NCBI GenBank assembly: GCA_963719495.1
Contig: CAVRCI010000015.1
Location: forward strand, 32,001-96,000
Direction of reading: 5' to 3'
DNA length: 64,000 nucleotides
Origin: an uncultured Verrucomicrobiae bacterium
GTDB taxonomy: Bacteria > Verrucomicrobiota > Verrucomicrobiia > Chthoniobacterales > JAATET01
Part shown: positions 27,565-36,795 of the stretch, one piece after another
How the letters are laid out: every line of letters begins with the position of its first letter
How positions within the stretch are numbered: position 1 is the first letter of the stretch
Translations under genes and position numbers: made by a program
Notes under the pieces: model-generated
The model's database searches: none
What the model saw: the letters and a program-made list of their open reading frames with translations, nothing else
What the model was told of the DNA's origin: nothing

Positions 27565-28494
27565 ATGGCGCGTAAGAAGCAATCGATCGGCGTCATCGGA
27601 CTCGGGATCATCGGATCCCGGGTCGCGGCGAACCTCCGCCGAGCCGGCTACGAAGTCTGGGTCTGGAATCGCTCGCCGAAGGCCGAGCCGAACTTCCTCT
27701 CCTCGGCGGCGGAAGTCGCCGAGACGGCGGACGTTCTGCTCACCTTCGTGGCGGATGGCCCGGCTCTCATCGAGGTGATGCGGTCGCTGGAAGGCGTTCT
27801 CGCCGCCCGGCACGTCGTCGTCAACCATGCCACCGTGGGGCCGGACGAGATCGCCGAAGCCGCGGCGCTGGTGGGAAAAAATAGCGCGACGCTGCTCGAT
27901 GCTCCTTTTACCGGCAGCCTCGCGGCCGCTGAAGCCAACGAGCTTGTCTATTACGTCGGCGGATCTCCGGACGTCCTCGCACGGGTCCGCCCCGTGTTGG
28001 AAGTCTCGTCCAAGGCAATCCTCGAGGTCGGCGAGATCGGTCAGGCCAGCCTCGTCAAGATTGCGACCAACCTCGTGTCCGCCACCATCGTCGAAGCTCT
28101 GGCTGAAGCGATGGCTTTGATGGAGAAAAATGGTGTGCCGCTGGAAAAATTCGCGCAAGCCATCGAGCTTAACGCCGCGCGCTCCGGAGTTTCCGCGGCC
28201 AAGGTCCCGGTGATGTTGGAGGGCAAATTCGACCCGCATTTCTCGCTCAAGCACATGTTCAAGGACGTTCAGCTCGTTCTGGCGGCCGCCGACCGGGCGG
28301 GACTGCAAATGCCGGCCGCAAACGCCGCGGCGGGTGCTTTGATGTCGGGGATCGAGCACGGATGGGCCGACCTGGATTTCTCCGCGATTTCGAAGCACTA
28401 CGGATTTCCCGGCAAAGAGCCGCTGGCCGTCGAGCCCGCCCTCGCGGCGAGCGAAGCCGGAAAGCCGAAAAAGCGTTCGGGGTTCTTCGGTTGA
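27565..28494 (+). CDS. NAD(P)-dependent beta-hydroxyacid dehydrogenase family protein
   Basis: IGLGIIG, WNRS, DAPFTGS, KIATN, FSLKHMFKD. Confidence 0.88.
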   Translation: MARKKQSIGVIGLGIIGSRVAANLRRAGYEVWVWNRSPKAEPNFLSSAAEVAETADVLLTFVADGPALIEVMRSLEGVLAARHVVVNHATVGPDEIAEAAALVGKNSATLLDAPFTGSLAAAEANELVYYVGGSPDVLARVRPVLEVSSKAILEVGEIGQASLVKIATNLVSATIVEALAEAMALMEKNGVPLEKFAQAIELNAARSGVSAAKVPVMLEGKFDPHFSLKHMFKDVQLVLAAADRAGLQMPAANAAAGALMSGIEHGWADLDFSAISKHYGFPGKEPLAVEPALAASEAGKPKKRSGFFG

Positions 28495-29390
28495 GCGAAT
28501 CTGCGGGAATAGACGGGGGTGGCGTGCTCGCGACCGCTCGCGACCGCGGCGGATTTTTTAAGCTTCCGCGTCGCACGATCCTTGCGCTCAGCGGAGCCGA
28601 TCGCGAACGCTACCTCAACGGCCAGGTCACGAACGACGTCCGCAAATTGGCGCCCGGTCACGCTCTCTCCGCTTGCGTCGTTTCAGCGAAGGGAAAGCTC
28701 GACGGTGTGGTGGTGATCTGGAGCGACGAGACGCGGCTGCTCGTCGAGGTCGACTCGACGCTCGCCGAATCCATGGCGGCGCGACTCGACCGTTACCTTG
28801 TCGCCGACGACGTGGAGATCACTGAGTTAGAGGGAAGCGAGACGGAATATCACGCTTTCGGGCCCGCCGCAGAGCGGCTGGCGGCTGCCGGGGTCGGCCT
28901 CCGACGGGTCGATCGACTTGCCGCCGCGGGGATTGACTTTGCGGAGTCTGATCTGAAAGAGCTGACCAATTGGACCGAACTCGAGGCGGCTGAGCTCGAA
29001 GTCCTGCGAATCGAACGAAAGATTCCGCGCTGGGGCGCGGAGCTGAGCCCCGACACGCTCCCCGCCGAGGCGGGACTTGACCGGACGGCGGTGGATTTTC
29101 ACAAGGGTTGCTACATCGGGCAGGAGGTCATTTCGCGGATTCAAAGCGTTGGGCGGACGAACCGGACGCTCGTTTCGTTCGTTGTTACCGAAGGCGAGGC
29201 TCCGGAGATCGGCTCGGAACTGTTCGCGGAAGACGACTCCGCCAAAGCGGTCGGGATGGTCACATCGGTGGCGAGCCACTTTGAATTGGCGCGCCCGGTG
29301 GGACTCTGTTACATCAAGCGCGGTCGCGAGGGGTCGTTTGTCACCGGCTCGGGCACCCGAGTAAATCTGTGCGAACTGCCATGCGAATAA
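28491..29390 (+). CDS. ygfZ: Folate-binding Fe-S assembly/repair protein YgfZ
   Basis: G.DRERYLNGQVTNDV and the KGCYIGQEV signature. Confidence 0.9.
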   Translation: MSESAGIDGGGVLATARDRGGFFKLPRRTILALSGADRERYLNGQVTNDVRKLAPGHALSACVVSAKGKLDGVVVIWSDETRLLVEVDSTLAESMAARLDRYLVADDVEITELEGSETEYHAFGPAAERLAAAGVGLRRVDRLAAAGIDFAESDLKELTNWTELEAAELEVLRIERKIPRWGAELSPDTLPAEAGLDRTAVDFHKGCYIGQEVISRIQSVGRTNRTLVSFVVTEGEAPEIGSELFAEDDSAKAVGMVTSVASHFELARPVGLCYIKRGREGSFVTGSGTRVNLCELPCE

Positions 29391-30010
29391 TCCCCGTCCT
29401 CTCCCTGCTCGCGGCCGTCTTGATGACCGGCTGCGCGTCCCGCCAGCCCGCCTACACCGGCCCGGTCTACGCCGAGATATTGATCAAGGTCAAAAAAGAG
29501 AAGGAATTGCGCCGCGTCGTCATCGACCTCGACGAGATCGCCGCACCGCAAACCTCGGCAAATTTCGAGCAGCTCGCCCGGGATGGCTATTACGACGGCA
29601 TGCGCTTCCACCGGATCTTCCCCGATCTGCTCGTTCAGACCGGCGATCCCTACAGCAAGCGCGGCGACTCCGAGCGATCCGGCACGGGTGGTCCCGGCTA
29701 CACGATCCCCGCCGAGATCAAGCTCTCGCACGTTCGCGGCGCGTTGGCGGCCTCGCGACTGCCGGACCGGGTGAACCCGACCCGCGCGTCGAACGGCAGT
29801 CAATTCTACGTCTGCCTGACGCCGATGCCGCAGCTCGACGGCGATTACACCGTGTTTGGCCGGGTGATCGAGGGGATCGAGGTTTTGGATGAAATCAGCA
29901 AAATGCCGACGAACAGCAACGATTTCCCTTTGGATAAAGTCGTCATTCGCAGTATAACGCTCATCCCGCAAACGCCGGTCACGGTGGTTGCGGCACCCGA
30001 ACAGGGTTAG
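29381..30010 (+). CDS. Cyclophilin-type peptidyl-prolyl isomerase, lipoprotein
   Basis: Lipobox MTGC; APQTSANF, FHRI, QTGDP, SQFY, LDGDYTVFG. Confidence 0.92.
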   Translation: MRIIPVLSLLAAVLMTGCASRQPAYTGPVYAEILIKVKKEKELRRVVIDLDEIAAPQTSANFEQLARDGYYDGMRFHRIFPDLLVQTGDPYSKRGDSERSGTGGPGYTIPAEIKLSHVRGALAASRLPDRVNPTRASNGSQFYVCLTPMPQLDGDYTVFGRVIEGIEVLDEISKMPTNSNDFPLDKVVIRSITLIPQTPVTVVAAPEQG

Positions 30011-30025
30011 AAAATTTTCTCAAAC

Positions 30026-30107
30026 GGGTAGGTTCCGGAGTGGCCAAACGGGGTAGACTGTAAATCTACTGGAATTTCCTTCACAGGTTCGAATCCTGTC
30101 CTGCCCA
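30026..30107 (+). tRNA. tRNA-Tyr(GTA)
   Basis: GGGTAGG acceptor stem, GTAGA-CTGTAAA-TCTAC anticodon arm, GGTTCGAATCC. Confidence 0.95.
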
Positions 30108-30310
30108 TTTTTGAGCGAAGCGAACTGAAAAGAAGTCCGACAGGATGAAGAACGGAGTTCGACCGCCGCCTCGCGAAGCGCGGTGGTTTCAAAAGGCTGA
30201 GACCACCCAGCGGAGCCGAGGGTAATCCCGAGGCAATCCTGTCCTGCCCAATTTTGAGCGAAGCGAACTGAAACGGAGTCCGACGGGATGAAGGACGGAG
30301 TTTGATCGCC
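30092..30310 (+). repeat. Direct repeat (143-bp period) beginning with the tRNA-Tyr 3' end
   Basis: AATCCTGTCCTGCCCA-TTTTGAGCGAAGCGAACTGAAA... at 30092-30167 and 30235-30310. Confidence 0.9.
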
Positions 30311-30332
30311 TTGCCCTCGCGCGGAGCGCTTC

Positions 30333-30815
30333 ATTTGAGCTGATGTAGCCGTCTCGCTGTGCGAGGCGCCGCACGCCGTTTTCGGCTGCGAATGGAATCG
30401 GTGGTTCGTCGACACGGTGCGGCTGCGGGCGTTTGGCTCGGAGGCGTTTTCTCGGACTTGCGTTGCTCCCGTGTGAAAGTCACGGCACCCGGGGCCCGGC
30501 TGCCCTGCCTTGGTTTGGGGCTCGCTTCGCTCGGTCGCGGAATTAGCCGGCGTTGGATGATGAGTTCTCTCTGACGGCGAACCCCACTGGGAGGAGCCAA
30601 GCGGAAGCCAGCCCGCCCTCGCGCCACGTTTGATTTGAGCTGATGTAGCCATCTCGCTGTGCGAGGCGCCGCACGCCGTTTTCGGCTGCGAATGGAATCG
30701 GCGGGTCGTCGACACGGTGCGGCTGCGGGCGTTTGGCTCGGAGGCGTTTTCTCGGACTTGCGTTGCTCCCGTGTGAAAGTCACGGCACCCGGGGCCCGGC
30801 TGCCCTACCTCGGTT
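30333..30815. repeat. Near-identical ~180-bp direct repeats (300-bp period) carrying GTAG-type REP-like hairpins
   Basis: 30333-30515 versus 30633-30815 differ at only a few positions. Confidence 0.95.
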
Positions 30816-30834
30816 CCGATCCCGCCGCGCTCGG

Positions 30835-32535
30835 TTACTGGCGGCGGATGATGAGCTTTTTTGTGCTCGAGGTGCGGCCTTCGAGGTCGGTGGCTCGGAG
30901 GTAGAGGCGGTTTTTGCCGGGACGGAGCGGGCGGACGTTGATGTTCCACCGGCCGTTGGCGCGGACGGGTTGCGAGCGGAAATTGCCGCCATTGGTGCGC
31001 CATTCGATGGCGGTGGCGTTGCTGGCCGATCCTTTGACGAGGCGGGAGGCGGTGCCGGTCTTGCGCTTGCGGCTGCCGAAGTAACGGAAGGTTGGCTTGT
31101 CGGGAGCGGTCGGAACAACGGCTGGGGAAATTGGAGTGAAGGTGACTTCGAAGATGTAGTTCGAGGCGGCGGTGGAACCTCGGTTGGGTTTTTCGGCGAT
31201 GATGCCGCCGTAGACGTATCCGAGGACGGTCGGCTCGGTGAGGGTGTCGAGGTCGAGGACGCCGTTGTCGAAATTCGCGATGCCGGGGAGGGGGAAGAAG
31301 TCGGCTTCGGCCCCGAAGAGGAAGGGTGCGTTGGCGTTGGCGGGGTTGGGGATGGTGGGGTATTCGCCGAGGTAGGTCTGGGAATAGGCTCCGTTCGCGC
31401 TCCGGACCAGCGAGGTGATGCCGCTGATGAAAGGGATGTTGTTGTCGGCGACGATGGTGCCGGTGGCGGGGTCGAAGTAATCGACGCTGATGCCGCCGAG
31501 GAGGACGTTGTGCGTCTGGCCGAGGGTCGGTGAGAAGAGGCTGATCGTGGCGGAGCGGTAGGAGTTCATGCCCTGACGGAAGGTGGCGGCGTCGAGTGGG
31601 TTTCCGGTGAAGGTCGAGCCGTTGGCGGTGATTTCGACCGGGACGTTCCAGATGCCGAAGGAGGGGGTGAAAACGCCGGAGAGGGCGACCAGGCCGGTGT
31701 CGAAGCCGGTGGCGGCGGTGCCTTGCATGATGGGGACGACGTTGAGGTCGCGGCGGCGGTATTCCGGCCGCGGGGCCTCGGCGGCAGGCAGCGAAATCGA
31801 CACGCTGGCGGCGGTGTCGTTGATCTGGAAGGTGCGGACCTGCTGGGTGTAGTCGCCGTTGGACCCGGGGGTGTAGCCGCCGGCGAAGTTCTGGCCGAAA
31901 ACGAGCTGCGCGCGACCGGCGAGCAGGAAGAGCTCGCCGCCGGTGACACGGAGGAATTCGTCCGTGGTCTGGCGGATCGCGGTCGTCAGGGACGGGGTGC
32001 CGGTTTTAACCCAGGTGATGAGCTCGGGAAGATCGATGGCCGTGAGGGTCGGGTAGGTCTGGAATGCGGCGAGGCCGATGTCGTAGCCGTAGCCGCCGAT
32101 GATGAAGAGTTTGTCGCCGGACTGCCGCGACTGGGGCGCGGTGGTCGAGAGGGAGTCGATCTGCGCGGAGGTGAGGCCGGCGGTCGCGTCGCCGAGGTCG
32201 CGCTGCCAGGTCTCGCGGGTGGTCGGGTTGATGACCCAGACGGTGCGGTTCTGCAGGGCGGGTGGGAAATTGACGAGGCCGTCGTTGGTGAAGTCGTGGA
32301 GGCCATTCGTGCGACCGCCGAGGAGAATCCATTCGTCGCCGACCTGCGCGTCGGCGAATCCCTGGAGGGTCGGGACCGTTGCGGTGCCCATGTCGTGGAC
32401 GCGGAGATCGATCGCGTAGGGGAGGTTGCTGACGGTGGCGACTGGCGAGGTGGAGGCCGTCTGGTTGGCGGCGTTGAGTGGGAGCGGGCCGAGGATGGCG
32501 CCGGAGAGAAGGAGTGGGAGGATGGAGCGTCGCAT
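30835..32535 (-). CDS. Secreted Kelch-like beta-propeller protein with a basic C-terminal beta-sandwich-like domain
   Basis: Signal peptide; repeated GG blades (WILLGGR, LFIIGGY, VTGGEL, VLLGG, YVYGG); Arg/Lys-rich last ~85 aa. Confidence 0.65.
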   Translation of the reverse strand: MRRSILPLLLSGAILGPLPLNAANQTASTSPVATVSNLPYAIDLRVHDMGTATVPTLQGFADAQVGDEWILLGGRTNGLHDFTNDGLVNFPPALQNRTVWVINPTTRETWQRDLGDATAGLTSAQIDSLSTTAPQSRQSGDKLFIIGGYGYDIGLAAFQTYPTLTAIDLPELITWVKTGTPSLTTAIRQTTDEFLRVTGGELFLLAGRAQLVFGQNFAGGYTPGSNGDYTQQVRTFQINDTAASVSISLPAAEAPRPEYRRRDLNVVPIMQGTAATGFDTGLVALSGVFTPSFGIWNVPVEITANGSTFTGNPLDAATFRQGMNSYRSATISLFSPTLGQTHNVLLGGISVDYFDPATGTIVADNNIPFISGITSLVRSANGAYSQTYLGEYPTIPNPANANAPFLFGAEADFFPLPGIANFDNGVLDLDTLTEPTVLGYVYGGIIAEKPNRGSTAASNYIFEVTFTPISPAVVPTAPDKPTFRYFGSRKRKTGTASRLVKGSASNATAIEWRTNGGNFRSQPVRANGRWNINVRPLRPGKNRLYLRATDLEGRTSSTKKLIIRRQ

Positions 32536-32617
32536 GGCGGGAGCGGAACAAATTCCAGGTGAGGGATGAAGCTTTTAAGTTTTTGCGACCCGGCGCGGGG
32601 GCGGTAGGTTCGTCGGT

Positions 32618-33400
32618 ATGCGGAGTCTTGTATTGGTTTGGTTGGTCGGTGTGGCGATGGCGGGGGGGAGTGGAGCGGCCGGGGGGCAGCAGGTGCGGTT
32701 GTCGGACCGGCAGGCGCTCGAGATCGGGAAGCGGATCTGGCAGAACGAGTGCGCGGGGACGGTGGATGGGTTGACGTCGTGGAATGGCGGCGAGGATTTT
32801 GCTTCGCTCGGGATCGGGCATTTCATCTGGTATCCGCGGGGGGAGTCGGGGCCGTTCGAGGAGAGCTTTCCGAAGTTGGTGGATTTCCTCGTTGCAAACC
32901 GGGTGGACGTGCCGGGGTGGTTGCGGGCGACGAAGGATTGCCCGTGGGGGTCGCGGTCGGAGTTCCTGGCGGACTTCCGGTCGCCGCGGATGAAGGAGCT
33001 GCGGTCGATGCTGGCGGATACGGTCGCGTGGCAGGCGCGGTTCGCGGCGGCGCGGCTCGAGGCGGCTTTGCCGAAGATGCTGGAGGCGGCTCCGCGCGGG
33101 GAGCGCGACCGGGTGCGGGCGAATTTCTACCGGGTGGCGGGTCAGTCGCTCGGGATGTATGCGCTGATGGATTACGTGAACTTCAAGGGCGAGGGGACGT
33201 CGAAGACGGAGCGTTACGACGGCGAGGGTTGGGGGTTGCTCCAGGTGCTCGAGGAGATGGGGGGCGGGCCACCGATGGTGGCTTTCTCGAAGGCGGCGGA
33301 TGCTGTGCTGACGCGGCGGGTGGCGAATTCTCCGGCGGATCGGAACGAGCGGAAATGGCTGGCTGGGTGGCGGAACCGGTGTGCTTCCTACCGCGAATGA
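32618..33400 (+). CDS. Secreted hypothetical protein
   Basis: Signal peptide; IWQNEC...WN.GEDFASLGIGHFIWYP, DYVNFKGEG, GWGLLQVL. Confidence 0.75.
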   Translation: MRSLVLVWLVGVAMAGGSGAAGGQQVRLSDRQALEIGKRIWQNECAGTVDGLTSWNGGEDFASLGIGHFIWYPRGESGPFEESFPKLVDFLVANRVDVPGWLRATKDCPWGSRSEFLADFRSPRMKELRSMLADTVAWQARFAAARLEAALPKMLEAAPRGERDRVRANFYRVAGQSLGMYALMDYVNFKGEGTSKTERYDGEGWGLLQVLEEMGGGPPMVAFSKAADAVLTRRVANSPADRNERKWLAGWRNRCASYRE

Positions 33401-33405
33401 TTTTT

Positions 33406-33442
33406 GCCCGCTAAACACGCGAATTTACGCGAATGGAAATAC
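33406..33442 (+). repeat. Left copy of the GxxExxY-flanking repeat
   Basis: GCCCGCTAAACACGCGAAT-TTA-CGCGAAT-GGAAATAC. Confidence 0.9.
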
Positions 33443-33443
33443 A

Positions 33444-33836
33444 ATGGCTGAGTTGATTTTTGCGGACGAGTGCTACCGGATCGTTGGGGCCTGCTTCGAG
33501 GTGGCGAAGGAGAAGGGGAGTGCTTTTCTGGAGCCGGTCTATCAGGAGTGTCTGGAACTCGAGTTGGGTTTGCAGAGGATTCCTTTTCAGGCTCAGTCGG
33601 GGTTGATCCTGGAATACAAGGGGCAGGCTCTTCGTCAGCGGTATACGCCGGACTTCGTTTGCTTTGGGAAGATCATCGTGGAGATCAAGGCGGTGACGCG
33701 GTTGGGGGATGAGCACCGGGCTCAGGTGCTGAACTACCTGGCGGCGACTGGTTTTGAACTGGGGCTGTTGGTCAATTTTGGGAGCCGTCCGAAACTGGAA
33801 TGGGAGCGGATCGCGAATACGAGGAAGGCCCGCTAA
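33444..33836 (+). CDS. GxxExxY family PD-(D/E)xK nuclease-like protein
   Basis: IVGACFEV...GSAFLEPVYQECL, YTPDF...IVEIKA, AQVLNYL, GLLVNFG. Confidence 0.93.
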   Translation: MAELIFADECYRIVGACFEVAKEKGSAFLEPVYQECLELELGLQRIPFQAQSGLILEYKGQALRQRYTPDFVCFGKIIVEIKAVTRLGDEHRAQVLNYLAATGFELGLLVNFGSRPKLEWERIANTRKAR

Positions 33837-33905
33837 ACACGCGAATGAGCGCGAATAGATGCTTGAAGGAAATACCATTCGCGCTCATTCGCGTGTTTAG
33901 CGGGC
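33828..33905. repeat. Perfect 29-bp inverted repeat with a 20-nt loop, at the 3' end of the GxxExxY gene
   Basis: GCCCGCTAAACACGCGAATGAGCGCGAAT (33828-33856) and its reverse complement (33877-33905). Confidence 0.95.
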
Positions 33906-33912
33906 AGGCATT

Positions 33913-35655
33913 ATGAACAAAGAACAAATTGTGGGGGTGCTCGAGAACATCGGGCTGTTGCTGGATCTCAAGGGGGAGAATGGGTTCAAGGTGCGGGCTT
34001 ACGTGAATGGGGCGCGGGCGCTCGAGGCGATGAGCGAGGATCTGGCGACGGTGATCGCGGAGGATCGCTTGAAGGCCGTGGACGGGATCGGGAAGGCGCT
34101 CGAGGAGAAAATCACGACGCTGTCGCGGGAGGGGAGGCTCGAATTTTACGACGATCTGCGGGCGGAATTTCCGGAGGGGATTTTCGAGCTTTTCGAGCTT
34201 CGCGGGATCGGGGCGAAGAAGATCAAGGCGCTTTACGACGAACTGGGCGTCGCGTCGGTCGCGGAGCTTCGGGCCGCTTGCGAGGATGGCCGGGTGGCCG
34301 GGCTCGATGGGTTCGGCGAGAAATCGGCGGAGAATTTTTTGAAAGCGATCTCGGACCTCGAATCGCACGCGGGATTGTTTCTCATCGGCGACGTGATGGC
34401 GGTGGCGGGGCGGTTGCTCGATGATTTTCGGAATCACCCGGAAGTGCTGCTCGCGGACATTGCGGGGAGTTTTCGGCGGTCCAAGGAGGTGGTGCATGAT
34501 CTGGACCTGATCGCGGCGAGTGCCGCGCCGGAGATCGTGAGCGAGGACTTCATCGGGCACGAACTCGTGGAGTCGGTGCTGGCCCACGGGGCGACCAAGT
34601 CGAGCGTGCGGCTGAAGGGTGGGCTGCAGTGCGACCTGCGGGTGGTGAGCAACGCGGAGTATCCGTTTGCGCTCAATTATTTCACCGGCAGCAAGGAGCA
34701 CAACGTGCGGATGCGGAACCGGGCGCTGGAGCGGGGGTGGTCGCTGAACGAGTATCGGTTCAGCGAAGCGAAGGGAAAGAAGCTGCGCGAGCCGATTCCG
34801 GAGGTGAGCTCGGAGGCGGACATTTATCGGGCGTTGGGGCTGCGGTTCGTCGTGCCGGAATTGCGCGAGGATCGGGGGGAATTCGACGCTGCGGAGGCGG
34901 GGGAACTGCCGAAGCTGATCGAGTGGCACAATCTGCGCGGGACTTTTCACAATCACACGACGGCGAGCGACGGGCGGGCGAGCCTGCGCGAAATGGCGGA
35001 CGCGGCGCTCGATCTGGGGTTGCAGTATTTGGGGATCGCCGATCATTCGAAGGCGTCGGTGCAGGCGAATGGATTGGATGCGAAGCGGTTGGCGGCCCAG
35101 GGGAAGGAGATCGACAATCTCAACGCGGAGTTCGATGGATTCCGCATTTTCAAGGGCGTCGAGTGCGACATTCTCAAGGATGGGTCGTTGGATTTTCCGG
35201 ACGACGTGCTCGGGTCGCTCGATTACGTGGTGGCGTCGGTGCACAGTTCGATGCAGCTCGGCGAGGCCGAGATGACGAAGCGGATCGTGCGGGCGATCTC
35301 GAATCCGCGCGTCACGATGCTGGGGCACGCGACGGGAAGGTTGCTGCTGTCGCGCGACGGCTACGCGGTGAACATCCCGGCGGTGATCGACGCGGCGGCG
35401 GAGATGGGGACGATTTTGGAACTGAACTGCAGCGCGATGCGGCTGGATCTGGATTGGCGCTGGTGGCCGCTGGCGAAAGAGAAGGGCGTGAAGTGCGCGA
35501 TCAATCCCGACGCGCATTCGACCGAGGGATTGCAGAATCTCGCGCTCGGCGTGCGGCTCGCGCGGAAGGGGTGGCTGACGCGGGAGGACGTCGTGAATTG
35601 TCTGGGGTTGCCGGAGATGGTGGCGTTTTTGGAGGAGAAGGCGGGGCGGCGGTGA
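33913..35655 (+). CDS. polX: Family X DNA polymerase with a PHP domain
   Basis: GENGFKVRAY, GSFRR..HDLD, QCDLRVV, YFTGSKEHN; PHP motifs HNHTTASDG, DHS, GHATGR, NPDAH. Confidence 0.95.
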   Translation: MNKEQIVGVLENIGLLLDLKGENGFKVRAYVNGARALEAMSEDLATVIAEDRLKAVDGIGKALEEKITTLSREGRLEFYDDLRAEFPEGIFELFELRGIGAKKIKALYDELGVASVAELRAACEDGRVAGLDGFGEKSAENFLKAISDLESHAGLFLIGDVMAVAGRLLDDFRNHPEVLLADIAGSFRRSKEVVHDLDLIAASAAPEIVSEDFIGHELVESVLAHGATKSSVRLKGGLQCDLRVVSNAEYPFALNYFTGSKEHNVRMRNRALERGWSLNEYRFSEAKGKKLREPIPEVSSEADIYRALGLRFVVPELREDRGEFDAAEAGELPKLIEWHNLRGTFHNHTTASDGRASLREMADAALDLGLQYLGIADHSKASVQANGLDAKRLAAQGKEIDNLNAEFDGFRIFKGVECDILKDGSLDFPDDVLGSLDYVVASVHSSMQLGEAEMTKRIVRAISNPRVTMLGHATGRLLLSRDGYAVNIPAVIDAAAEMGTILELNCSAMRLDLDWRWWPLAKEKGVKCAINPDAHSTEGLQNLALGVRLARKGWLTREDVVNCLGLPEMVAFLEEKAGRR

Positions 35656-35728
35656 GGGTGGGTTCGGGCGCTCTGGGTGAAAGTCACGGCTCGGCGGGAG
35701 CCTCGCCCTCCGGGGTTGGTTTTTGGAT

Positions 35729-36742
35729 TTAGGTCCGGTTGGTTGCGGTTAGGAACGGTTGGATGGCGGCGACGAGGTCGCGGAAGCCGTCGAAGGTAAC
35801 CTGTTGCTGGCCGTCGGAGAGGGCTTCGGCGGGGTTGGGGTGGACTTCGACGAGGAGGCCGTCGGCGCCCATGGCGACGGCTCCGACGCAGAGGGCGGTG
35901 ACGAGGTCGGCGCGGCCGCAGCCCTGGCTGGGGTCGACGATGACGGGGAGGTGGGTTTCCTTTTTCGCGATGGCGACGGCGGAGAGGTCGAGGGTGTTGC
36001 GGGTGTAGGTCTCGAAGGTGCGGATGCCGCGCTCGCAGAGCAGGACGTTCGGATTGCCGTGGGCGAGGAGGTATTCCGCGGCGAGGATCCATTCCTCGAT
36101 CCGCTGACTCATCCCGCGCTTGAGGAGGACGGGCTTTTTCGTGTGGGCGCACTCGATGAGGAGTTGAAAATTCTGCGCGTTGCGGGCTCCGATTTGGAAG
36201 ATGTCGGTGGTCTCGGCGACGTGCTCGACGTCGCGTTCGCTGAGGACCTCGGTGATGATCTTGAGGCCGGTGCGTTGTTTGGCTTCGCCGAGAAGTCGGA
36301 GGCCTTCCTTGCCGAGTCCTTGGAATTCGTAGGGGGAGGTGCGGGGCTTGTAGGCTCCGCCGCGGAGGATGGTCGCGCCGGCGGCCTTGACGGCGTCGGC
36401 GGTGGCGAAGAGTTGCTCGGCGCTTTCGACGGAGCAGGGGCCGGCCATGAGGGAAAAGGCCGGGCCGCCGATGGGGACGCCGTCGACGTCGACGACGGAA
36501 TTCCCGGGGTGCGATTGGCGGCTGGCGAGTTTGTAGCGTTTTTGGACGCGGAGGACGTCCTGGACCTGCGGGAGGGCGGTGAGGGACTCGAGCGTCTGGT
36601 GGGTGCGCTCGTCGCCGATGGCGGCGATGACGGTCTGCTCGACGCCGTGGATGGGCGAGGGCTCGTAGCCGAGCTTGGTGACTTCGGCGAGGACTGTGTC
36701 GATTTCTTCACGAGAAGATCCGGGGCGGAGAACGATGATCAT
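35729..36742 (-). CDS. aroF: DAHP synthase class I-beta with an N-terminal regulatory domain
   Basis: AGPCSVES, KPRTSPY, QIGARN, LLKRG, CERGIRTFE. Confidence 0.95.
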   Translation of the reverse strand: MIIVLRPGSSREEIDTVLAEVTKLGYEPSPIHGVEQTVIAAIGDERTHQTLESLTALPQVQDVLRVQKRYKLASRQSHPGNSVVDVDGVPIGGPAFSLMAGPCSVESAEQLFATADAVKAAGATILRGGAYKPRTSPYEFQGLGKEGLRLLGEAKQRTGLKIITEVLSERDVEHVAETTDIFQIGARNAQNFQLLIECAHTKKPVLLKRGMSQRIEEWILAAEYLLAHGNPNVLLCERGIRTFETYTRNTLDLSAVAIAKKETHLPVIVDPSQGCGRADLVTALCVGAVAMGADGLLVEVHPNPAEALSDGQQQVTFDGFRDLVAAIQPFLTATNRT

Positions 36743-36795
36743 GGTGGGATGACTTTGGCGGAAAACGAGTTCCGTGGCAGCTTGGAATTTGCAGG

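Noticed and set aside
30092..30815. Possible CRISPR array
   Set aside because: There are only two long copies per repeat, no regular short repeat-spacer structure and no cas genes
30020..31003. 327-aa ORF with an internal repeat
   Set aside because: It overlaps tRNA-Tyr antisense, and its repeat simply reflects the non-coding 300-bp duplication
30107..33400. Integrated genomic island or prophage at tRNA-Tyr
   Set aside because: No integrase or phage genes; the only tRNA-end duplicate I saw is 143 bp away
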